From contig JAWKTA010000009.1 in NCBI GenBank assembly GCA_041402025.1, positions 32,574 to 96,573 of the forward strand: 64,000 nt of DNA, written 5' to 3'. The first letter of the stretch is position 1. Every line of letters begins with the position of its first letter. The notes under the pieces were generated by a model. It searched no databases, was not told the DNA's origin, and saw only the letters and a list, made by a program, of their open reading frames with translations. The position numbers were made by a program, and so were the translations under genes. Origin of the DNA: Phycisphaerales bacterium. GTDB lineage: Bacteria; Planctomycetota; Phycisphaerae; Phycisphaerales; Phycisphaeraceae. Positions 52,000 through 61,480 of this stretch are shown here, piece by piece.

Positions 52000-52930
52000 T
52001 TATTGCAGGTCCCACTTGTTATCATTAAGTGTAGGCGCGAGTCGGTCCAGTTCATCCGGGCCGTAAGGTTCGTCGACGTCATCGACGGAGAAGTTGCCGC
52101 CGTGGCCCGTCGGCCCAGTACATGTTGACGGAGTCATTGTGTCGAGCGTCGGCCATGCCGCGCTGGTTGGTTTTGTTGGGCGTGTCGGTGGCGGGGTAGA
52201 GGTAGCTGACTGCCGAAGGTCTGGCTGGCGCCGACGTTGGCGAACAGTGGCTTCGAGCCGGTAGTTGCGGGAATCGCCCAGGGTGATGGTCTCGGAGGTT
52301 TTCAGGACTTCCGAGATGCGTGGGGTGTAGCGGTAATCGCTGGTGTCGGGGTTGGTGGTTGCGATGAACGTCAGGTTCCCCTTGACAGTGGAATTATTTT
52401 TCCAGCGCAGGCCGAGGTAGGAACCGAGGAAGTAGGCGTTGTAGCCGTATTCGGATCGTCCCCAGCCGGCCAGGGCGGTGTCGTTGGGGGTCTGCCCGGC
52501 GGTCATCAGGGCCAGCTGGCGGAAGGTCTGTGTTTCGGGGATGACGTCGAAGGTCGGGCGTCGAAGGCCTCGGGCCCGGGCAGGTAGCCGCTGCCAACGA
52601 GGGAGGGGAGGTCCACCAGTAGCCGGGGTCGCCGTTGGCCTGGGTGGTGAGGTTCGCGCGTGAGTCGGCGGCATAACGGTAAGGGGCGCTGTTGCGGACG
52701 CTGACAAACTGCGGGTGGAACTCGTCGTTGTCGGTGGCGTAGGTGTAGATGGCGACGCCGGCCTGGCGGACGTTGCTCAGGCAGACGGCCTTCTGGGGCG
52801 CTGCGGCGGGCGCCGAGCCGCCGGGCAGGAGGATGCCGACCAGCAGGGCGATGATGGAGATCACCACCAGCAGTTCGATCAGCGTGAAAGCGGATACATG
52901 GCGATTATTGGCATTCAACTTCATCTTCAC
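52000..52930 (-). pseudogene. DUF1559-type paralog of 49929..50897 with several frame breaks
   Basis: SAFTLIELLVVISIIALLVGILLP...QKAVCLSNVRQAGVAIYTY (ORF 52394..52930), then FDVIPETQTF...SETITLGDSRNYRLEATV and GNFSVDDVDEPYGPDELD...NDNKWDLQ (ORF 52000..52707). MADARHNDSVNMYWADG is in a third frame; one extra G in gacGGGccac near 52110 breaks ADG|HGG. Confidence 0.75.
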
Positions 52931-53351
52931 TGAACCTCACGCCCCCGCTTTCAAATAAATGGTCCGCCGTACCAGGCGACCTGAACCCGGATCAACATGT
53001 TGTCGGCCCCGCACCTGTGCTCATGGGCCCGCGAGAATTGGCCGGGCTTCACAGGAAACCCGCCGTGTGACCGACACGGTGACGCGTCCCGACTGGACTT
53101 ACTTGCCACGGGTATAGATGTGCCCGTACGTCTTGTCGTCGCTTCGCCCGATCCGTGACCTAACACCCATGAGCATCTTAGAACAAAACACAGCCAATAA
53201 TACTATAATATCCCGCCGGGATATCAATGCAACCCTTTGCAGGGCTGAAGCGGTAAAAAAACCGGCAGGCCGAGCCCCCGCTGCGTGTTAAATCAACATG
53301 ACACGGGTTCACATCCCTACGGGGTGATTCCTGATAATCACTCGGAGCGCT

Positions 53352-53930
53352 CTAGCCGGGCAGTTCTATGAGGGCCAGGTACTCCAGGTTCCCCCCCTTG
53401 CCGCCGCGGATCGGGGATGGGAGCGTTGCCAGTGTCTTAAAGCCAAGCGGTTCAAGGGATAATAAGACCTCGTCCGTCACGGCCCGGGCCTGATCGTCAT
53501 CGAGCCGGCCCTTGTTCCCGCCGCCCAGGGCCTTGCCGGGGGCTTCATAATGGGGCTTGACCAGCGTGATGATCCGGCCCCCAGGTGCCAGCCAGACGGC
53601 GGCGGCGGGGAGGGCCCGGTGCTGGGGAGTCCAGCCCAGGTCGATTGTTACTAAATCACATTCAGACAGTGGTTTAACGTGTAAAGCGTTGGTGCGTTCC
53701 AGCACCGTGACACGGTCGTCCTGGCGGAGCTTCCAGGCCAGTTCGCCGTAGGCGGTGTCGACGGCATAGACGTGCCTGGCCCCGTGCTTGAGCAGGCAGT
53801 CGGTGAAGCCGCCGGTGGAGCAGCCCAGGTCGGCACAGGTCAGGCCGGCCGGGTCGATCCCGAACGCTTGCAGGGCGGCGTGCAGCTTCAGGCCGGCGCG
53901 GGAGGCGTATTTCGGTTCGTGCTCATTCAT
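53352..53930 (-). CDS. tlyA: TlyA-family rRNA 2'-O-methyltransferase (FtsJ-like), lacking the N-terminal S4 domain
   Basis: YASRAGLKLHAALQAFGIDPAGLTCADLGCSTGGFTDCLLKHGARHVYAVDTAYGELAWKLRQDDRV and LVKPHYE. The protein starts directly at the methyltransferase domain. Confidence 0.8.
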   Translation of the reverse strand: MNEHEPKYASRAGLKLHAALQAFGIDPAGLTCADLGCSTGGFTDCLLKHGARHVYAVDTAYGELAWKLRQDDRVTVLERTNALHVKPLSECDLVTIDLGWTPQHRALPAAAVWLAPGGRIITLVKPHYEAPGKALGGGNKGRLDDDQARAVTDEVLLSLEPLGFKTLATLPSPIRGGKGGNLEYLALIELPG

Positions 53931-54143
53931 GCGGTGTCACGGTCCAGCCGGGCTTATCCAGGTTCACATTCGCGAGATTAATCCGGTCGTAGTCAAAATA
54001 ACGCTTGCAATTCCAAGGCAATTTTGGTTTAATTGTATGCGAGACAGATTATTCTTGGCGGCTCTAACCCCAGCAATGATCGTCTTCTTATAAGCCCGCA
54101 CCGTTTGCTTAGTGTGCGGCTACACGGAGAGGAGTGAGGATCC

Positions 54144-54914
54144 ATGGTTTTACGTTCCGGTTTTATGGCTGCGTTGTCGGGCTGTGCGCTGTTGGTTTGC
54201 TCGCTGCCCGCTCACGCGGTGCCGATCAACTACGGCGACTTCATAGGCTCGACGGTTAATTTTATCGGCGTCACCGAAGACTCGGGTACCCACACCCCGC
54301 CGTTGTACGGCGCGCCTTCCGTGTTCGGCGACACGCTGGACTTCAACCCGATCTCGTTCAACGCCGGCGCTACCGGCGCGGGCGGCGTGGAAATCACCGA
54401 CGGCACGCTCTCGCTGATGATGACCTCCAAAGCCGGCAACTTCATCGACAAGGTCCTGTTCGATGAGGCCGGCGACGTCACGCTGGCCGGGATCGGCGGT
54501 ATCGGGACGTTCGCCTCGGTCACCGCCAACTTCAACGTCGAGATCCAGGAAGTTGACGGCGTCGGTATCGGATCGATCCTGATCGCGGTCCCGATGGTCT
54601 TTACCCCGTCCGGCGGAACCTACGACCTGGCGACCGACGCCGGCGGCGGGCCGTTCTACAACTCGGCGTGGTCCGGATCGCTGATGGTCGACCTGACCCA
54701 GGCGCTGATCGACAACAACATCCCTTACGTCAACGGCGTGACGAAGATCTCGGTGGTCTTCGATAACACGCTGACGGCAATAAGTGAAAACGGAACCAGC
54801 GCGTTCATCGCCAAGAAGGACGTCGGCGGCGTCGGGATCACCGTATTCCCCGAACCGGCGTCGCTCGGCCTGCTGATGCTTGGCGGCGCATGCCTGCTGG
54901 GCCGGCGGAACTGA
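54144..54914 (+). CDS. secreted PEP-CTERM protein (no dockerin-like repeats)
   Basis: Signal peptide ...LLVCSLPAHA. C-terminus VFPEPASLGLLMLGGACLLGRRN. Confidence 0.75.
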   Translation: MVLRSGFMAALSGCALLVCSLPAHAVPINYGDFIGSTVNFIGVTEDSGTHTPPLYGAPSVFGDTLDFNPISFNAGATGAGGVEITDGTLSLMMTSKAGNFIDKVLFDEAGDVTLAGIGGIGTFASVTANFNVEIQEVDGVGIGSILIAVPMVFTPSGGTYDLATDAGGGPFYNSAWSGSLMVDLTQALIDNNIPYVNGVTKISVVFDNTLTAISENGTSAFIAKKDVGGVGITVFPEPASLGLLMLGGACLLGRRN

Positions 54915-54971
54915 ACCGAACTACATTGTTGTTTCCAAGACATCCTACGGAGGGATGCTTGAACGCTGAAG

Positions 54972-55004
54972 CGGCCCGCCTGAAAAGGCGGGTCGTCTTT
55001 TTTT
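54972..55004 (+). terminator. rho-independent terminator
   Basis: gcccgcc(54974-54980), loop tgaaaa, ggcgggt(54987-54993), then a T7 run at 54998-55004. Confidence 0.75.
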
Positions 55005-55112
55005 GCGCGTGCAGGACCGGACGACGGATGCTCGCAACTCACAATCAATACGCCTCCCGCTTCGATCCCACTTAAGTGTCACCCCTCTCTGGTTCCCTCA
55101 GCACCGTAATCC

Positions 55113-55145
55113 AAAAAGATCACATATAAGTTATATGTGATCTTT
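55113..55145 (-). terminator. AT-rich perfect palindrome; likely the terminator of amtB-glnK on the minus strand
   Basis: aaagatcacatataa-g-ttatatgtgatcttt (55115-55145) has 15-nt arms. As RNA it gives a 13-bp stem with a 5-nt loop, and on the minus strand it is followed by UUUUU. Confidence 0.6.
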
Positions 55146-55312
55146 CAAGCCGCCCGCGAAGGTGCTTACGGGGGTGGGAGCGAAGCGTGAAGTTGGTTGG
55201 AATGTGTAAAATCGCCACCGCGCGTGATGATTCACAGCGTGGCCTGTGAACCGGTTGGACCGGTGTGATACATGGGCACTCCGTCCACCTCGACGCCGCG
55301 CTGTGTTGCGTG

Positions 55313-55654
55313 TCAGATCGCCGAGCCGCCGCGTTCGCCGGTGCGGATTCGGATGCATTCTTCCAGGGGCAGGATGAATATCTTCCCGTCGCCGATCGCG
55401 CCGCCGCCGTGCTTGGCGGCGCTTAGGATGGCATCGACCGTGGGCTTGACGAACGAGTCATTCACGGCGATCTCGATGCGGACCTTCGGCAGGAGGCTGG
55501 GCTTGACCTCCTGACCGCGGTAGAGGTCCGGGTCCTCGGCCTGCCCGTGGCCGGTGCATCGGCTGACGGTGATGCGGAATATCTCCGCGCCGACCAGGGC
55601 GTGGTGGACCTCTTCGAGCTTGTCGGGCTGGATGATGGCGATAATGAGTTTCAT
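55313..55654 (-). CDS. glnK: P-II nitrogen regulatory protein (GlnK-type by linkage to amtB) with a divergent T-loop
   Basis: MKLIIAIIQPDKLEEV..., LPKVRIEIAV and IGDGKIFILPLEECIRIRTGE. The T-loop reads TGHGQAEDPDLYRGQEV, where the canonical form is [18 protein letters not shown]. Confidence 0.85.
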   Translation of the reverse strand: MKLIIAIIQPDKLEEVHHALVGAEIFRITVSRCTGHGQAEDPDLYRGQEVKPSLLPKVRIEIAVNDSFVKPTVDAILSAAKHGGGAIGDGKIFILPLEECIRIRTGERGGSAI

Positions 55655-55719
55655 CGGTGTGTATCCTTCCGCGCGGTCCGCAGAGACGGAGCGGCATGCG
55701 GTGTGTGTTTGTTTGTGGT

Positions 55720-57036
55720 TTAGTTCAGGTTCAGCAGGCCGAAGCCGTGTTCGCCGTGCAGCGCGTGGTCCATGCCGGCCATCTCGTCCTTGTCGCCGAG
55801 CTTCAGGCCGATGGTCTTATCGACCAGAACCACAAGGATCAACGTGACAACGCCGGCGTATACGATGCTCACGCCCACGCCCTTGACCTGATACCAGAGC
55901 TGGGTGGCAAAGCCGTGTTCAGGGATGCTCCGCAGGACAAACGCCAGGCCGATCGCGCCGACGATGCCCGCGACGCCGTGGATCCCGAAGACGTCCAGCG
56001 TGTCGTCGTAGCCAAGCCTGCCCTTGGCGACAACCGCGCCGTAGCAGAACAACGACGCGGCTACGCCAAGCACGATCGCGCCGTAGGGCGGCACATCGCC
56101 CGCCGCCGGGGTGATGGCGACCAGGCCCGCGAGGATACCGGACATCAGGCCCAGGCTCGTTGCCTTCTTGTGATGGACCGCCTCGATCAATACCCACATC
56201 AGCGCGCCGGTCGCGGCGGCGATCTGCGTGACCGTCAGCGCCTGGGCCGTCTTGATCCCGCTGGCGACGGAGCTGCCGGCGTTGAACCCGAACCAGCCAA
56301 CCCACAACAGGCCCGCGCCCATCATGGTCATCACGAGGTTGTTCGGGTGCATCGCGGTTTTCGGGTAGCCCTTGCGTGCGCCGAGGTAGAGCGCACAGAC
56401 AAGGCCCGCCACGCCCGCGGAGATGTGGATGACCGTTCCACCGGCGAAGTCGATCGCCTCGCCGGTCAGGAAGCCGCCGCCCCAGACCCAGTGGCAAAGC
56501 GGGTTGTAGATCAACAGGCTCCACAGCGCGATGAACACGCAGTAGCCGCGGAACCGGACGCGCTCGGCGAACGCGCCTGCGATGAGCGCCGGCGTGATGA
56601 TCGCGAACTTGCCCTGGAACATCGCGAACACCAGGTGCGGGATCACGAGGTCGCCGGCGTGGTAATACGCGCCGGGGCCGTGATCTATCCCGCTGAGCAG
56701 GAAGTAGCCGCTGTCCCAGCCGCACCACCCACCCAATGTTGAACTACCAAAACACATCGCGTAGCCGCAGACGACCCAGATCACACCGATGATCGCCATC
56801 GCCGCGAAACTGTGCATCATCGTGCCCAGCACGTTCTTGGTCCGCACCAGCCCGCCGTAAAACATCGCCAGGCCCGGGACCATCAGCAGCACCAGCGTGG
56901 TCGAGACGAGCATCCACGCCGTCGTGCCCGTGTCGATCACGGGTTCAGTAACACCGTCCTGCGCCAGCACCGACGCCGAAAAGCAAAGCAGGCACGCCGG
57001 CCCAACCACCGCCGCAAAATGTTTTCGTAGATTCAT
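55720..57036 (-). CDS. amtB: ammonium transporter
   Basis: The start is placed at the internal ATG (MNLRKHFAAVVGPACLLCFSASVLAQ). DTGTTAWMLVSTTLVLLMVPGLAMFYGG, AIDFAGGTVIHISAG and VFGIHGVAGIVG. Confidence 0.9.
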   Translation of the reverse strand: MNLRKHFAAVVGPACLLCFSASVLAQDGVTEPVIDTGTTAWMLVSTTLVLLMVPGLAMFYGGLVRTKNVLGTMMHSFAAMAIIGVIWVVCGYAMCFGSSTLGGWCGWDSGYFLLSGIDHGPGAYYHAGDLVIPHLVFAMFQGKFAIITPALIAGAFAERVRFRGYCVFIALWSLLIYNPLCHWVWGGGFLTGEAIDFAGGTVIHISAGVAGLVCALYLGARKGYPKTAMHPNNLVMTMMGAGLLWVGWFGFNAGSSVASGIKTAQALTVTQIAAATGALMWVLIEAVHHKKATSLGLMSGILAGLVAITPAAGDVPPYGAIVLGVAASLFCYGAVVAKGRLGYDDTLDVFGIHGVAGIVGAIGLAFVLRSIPEHGFATQLWYQVKGVGVSIVYAGVVTLILVVLVDKTIGLKLGDKDEMAGMDHALHGEHGFGLLNLN

Positions 57037-57177
57037 CGGCCACAAGCCTCCAAGCGATGTGAGTGGATACAGAGTCGATACACGGACAGGCCACGGGTTA
57101 CAAACAACCCACACGCCCAAGCAAACACACACAAAAGATCACAACGCGGACCACGCCGCGCCGAACAGAAAAGCAAA

Positions 57178-58548
57178 TCAGTGCGCCAACGCACCCATCG
57201 GGTCCCACGGCGGCAGCACGATCGGCTCGGTGTCCACCGCTTCGCGCAGGTCCGCCGGCAGCATGTCCCGGTGGATCGCCACCTCGAACATGTATTCATC
57301 GAACCATGAGTCGTTCATCACGTAAAAACCCTTCTTGCCGCCCTCGTCACCCCAGCTGTTCTCGACGCGCCAGCGACGCGGTGTGTCGTCGTCCGCCACG
57401 TCCACGCCGGTGAACAGCATCGCGTGCGTCATCAGTGTCTGGTGGTGGATCAGGCGGTCGGCCTTGCCGTGCGTGAACTTCGTCTGGTACACGCCCTCGT
57501 AGTCGAACAGCTTCGCATCCCACAGGCCCAGGTCGCGGCGCATCATCTTTCCAACGTCGCAGCCCATCCACACCGGCTCGCCGCCGACCAGCGTCTTCAT
57601 GGTCAGCGTTTTCATCGTGTCGATGTCGACGTTCAGGTATTTCACCGGGTCGCCGCCGATCACGTTGCCCAGGTGCGCCACGGTGAACGTCCTGCCCGTC
57701 GGGCTGTTCGGGCGCGGGTCGTGCACGAGGCAGACGTACTCCTCCAACGGCAGCGTGCAGTAGTGTTTCGCGAATTCCAACGGCGTCAGCTCGCCGTCGC
57801 GGTGGAAACGCTTGTCCTCGTCCTTCCACTGCCAGTCGAACTTCTTCGGCGGCGTGCCAAGGTGGATGCACAAAATCCGGTACACAGTGGCGACGATCTC
57901 GTTCTTGGCTTTAACAACCGCGTCACTATTGCTGTCGGAAGCGAGCCTGCGCAGCTTCGCAGCGCCCTCGCGCAGGACCGTAAGCAGGATGCTGTTCATC
58001 CGCCTCGTGTTGGATGAGCTTTCCGTCTCGGGCATCGCGGCCTTGGGCACCAGCCCGTGTTTGTGGACGATGCTTACGAACATGTTCCACTGCCCGCCGT
58101 CATCCAGCGGCCGGTCCAGCAGGTAAGCCACCACCCGGTCGTCCACGTCCCTGTCCGCCGTCGCGATGATCTGTTCCAAAAAGTAGTTCGCTCGCTCGAG
58201 CTTGTCCCAGAACAGCGTGAAGTTCTGGCTGAACTCGAAGTTCTTAAGCTTCATCTTCTTCATCGCGCCGACACGGATCAGGTTCAAACCGGCGAAGCAC
58301 CAGCACCGGCCGGAGCTTTTCTGGTTGGTGACTTCCCACTCGTCCAGGTGGTGGCTGAACGTGTGGTCGACCGACGTGACGATCGCACGGTTCAGCGCGA
58401 CATCATCCACCGCCGTCTGCGTGACCGCGTTCTGCATGAGCGTGTTGCGCGGGTCGGCCGCGAACGCTTCACGCAGCCCGGCAAGCGTCTTTTCATCCAG
58501 CCCGCCTCGGGTGGCGGCATCGGTCACGTCGGGGGATAGGGTGGACAC
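57178..58548 (-). CDS. pepC: aminopeptidase C / bleomycin hydrolase family cysteine peptidase
   Basis: NQKSSGRCWCFAGLN (catalytic Cys context), THAMLFTGVD and WRVENSWG. Length 456 aa. Confidence 0.8.
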   Translation of the reverse strand: MSTLSPDVTDAATRGGLDEKTLAGLREAFAADPRNTLMQNAVTQTAVDDVALNRAIVTSVDHTFSHHLDEWEVTNQKSSGRCWCFAGLNLIRVGAMKKMKLKNFEFSQNFTLFWDKLERANYFLEQIIATADRDVDDRVVAYLLDRPLDDGGQWNMFVSIVHKHGLVPKAAMPETESSSNTRRMNSILLTVLREGAAKLRRLASDSNSDAVVKAKNEIVATVYRILCIHLGTPPKKFDWQWKDEDKRFHRDGELTPLEFAKHYCTLPLEEYVCLVHDPRPNSPTGRTFTVAHLGNVIGGDPVKYLNVDIDTMKTLTMKTLVGGEPVWMGCDVGKMMRRDLGLWDAKLFDYEGVYQTKFTHGKADRLIHHQTLMTHAMLFTGVDVADDDTPRRWRVENSWGDEGGKKGFYVMNDSWFDEYMFEVAIHRDMLPADLREAVDTEPIVLPPWDPMGALAH

Positions 58549-58676
58549 GGTAAAACTCCCTGCAACTTAGGATCCGGTACGCCATTAATATAACCCGCAT
58601 CGCCGCAATTAACACCAAAGCCCACGTTTTGAAAACGTGGGCTTTGGGTGGTTTGTATGTAATGCGGTCTTGGGTC

Positions 58677-60125
<1,449 letters not shown>

Positions 60126-60343
60126 TTATCCTATTGTTTTTAGACACTTAGCGTGATTGCGCCCCACGCGCAGCCCCGCCGGGCCAAGTAGGTTAGCGGC
60201 CGGGAAACACTTTGCCAAGTCGGCCCCCCGCCGGGCCGTTTCGGCGAAACCACGCCGAATGCCGGATTCACGGTTCTATTTAAACGCTAACGTGTTATAC
60301 TCACCCCGCCCACCGAAGTTATCAGACGCACGGAGGCGTCCGC

Positions 60344-61465
60344 TTGACCGCGACCAATACCTCAAACTTTACACCCGAACACGCCACGCACGCCGATCCT
60401 TCAGACCCTCGGGATGCGCCGGACGTTGTGCAGGAACAGGCCGAACAAGCGGAGCAGGTCGAGCCACAGAACATCGAACGGGTCGAACAAGCGCCACCGG
60501 CCGCGCCAAAACCCGTCATCACCCCGGGCATCCAGCCGACGCAGATCAAGCGCCCCGAGACTCCGCGCCCGCAAGCGAACCACGATCAGCCCGACAACGA
60601 CCCGCCGCGCATCATCGCGCTGATGAACCAGAAGGGCGGCGTCGGCAAAACCACCACCTGCACCAACCTCGGCGCGGCGCTCGCCCGCATGGGTAAGCGC
60701 GTCCTGATGATCGACCTGGACCCGCAGGCGCACCTGTCGCTTTCGCTGGGTGTCGATCCGGACGAGATCGAGCTGAGCATGTACGACCTGCTCACCGACC
60801 AGAACACCAGCGCACTGGAAGTCCTGCAACAGGTCGGCGACGACGGACGACTCACCATCCTCCCGGCCGAGGTCAACCTCGCCGGCGTCGAGGCTGAGTT
60901 GGCCGACCGTGTCGTGACCGGCATGGCGCAGACGGTGCTCAAGCAGAAAGTCGCGGGACTGATAAAGGGCTTATCCGGCAACCCGGGCTCAAACGGATCG
61001 CCCACCACGGCCCCTGATTTCGTCCTCATCGACTGCCCGCCGAGCCTGGGGTTGTTGACCGTCAACGCGCTGACGCTCGCAACCGAGGTCATCGTCCCGA
61101 TGCAGGCGCACTTCCTGGCGCTGCAAGGCCTGGGCAAGCTGTTCGAAACCATCTCGATGATGAAGCAGGGGATCAACCCGAACCTGAAGGTGGCGGGCGT
61201 CGTGTTGTGCATGCACGAGGGCAACACGATCCTGGCCAACGAGGTCATCAACGATGTGAACGGCTTCCTGGAAAGCGCCCGCGATACCGACGCCCCCTGG
61301 GCCGACGCGGTCGTCTACCACCCGCCGATCCGCCGAAACATCAAGCTCGCCGAGGCCCCCAGCTTCGGCCAGAGCATCTTCGACTACGCCGCCGACTGCC
61401 ACGGCGCCCAGGACTACGCCAAGCTCGCCGAGAGCGTGATCGGGCAGCGCGTAGCCACCAACTGA
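60344..61465 (+). CDS. ParA/Soj-family ATPase with a roughly 95-aa low-complexity N-terminal extension (start codon uncertain)
   Basis: Deviant Walker A NQKGGVGKTTTCTNLGAALA, MIDLDPQAHLS and LIDCPPSLG. The ORF as listed begins with TTG at 60344, and no ATG is available upstream of the Walker A motif. Confidence 0.8.
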   Translation: MTATNTSNFTPEHATHADPSDPRDAPDVVQEQAEQAEQVEPQNIERVEQAPPAAPKPVITPGIQPTQIKRPETPRPQANHDQPDNDPPRIIALMNQKGGVGKTTTCTNLGAALARMGKRVLMIDLDPQAHLSLSLGVDPDEIELSMYDLLTDQNTSALEVLQQVGDDGRLTILPAEVNLAGVEAELADRVVTGMAQTVLKQKVAGLIKGLSGNPGSNGSPTTAPDFVLIDCPPSLGLLTVNALTLATEVIVPMQAHFLALQGLGKLFETISMMKQGINPNLKVAGVVLCMHEGNTILANEVINDVNGFLESARDTDAPWADAVVYHPPIRRNIKLAEAPSFGQSIFDYAADCHGAQDYAKLAESVIGQRVATN

Positions 61466-61480
61466 CTCTAATTTCAGGTT

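Noticed and set aside
53195-53235. TATAAT-like box plus the inverted repeat atatcccg-c-cgggatat upstream of the DUF1559 array
   Set aside because: The 8-bp arms are short, I could not identify a matching -35 box, and the orientation relative to the minus-strand genes is ambiguous. The evidence is insufficient for a promoter or operator call.
58549-58676. atpC (epsilon subunit) or another small gene downstream of atpD
   Set aside because: The gap is only 128 nt and contains no ORF.
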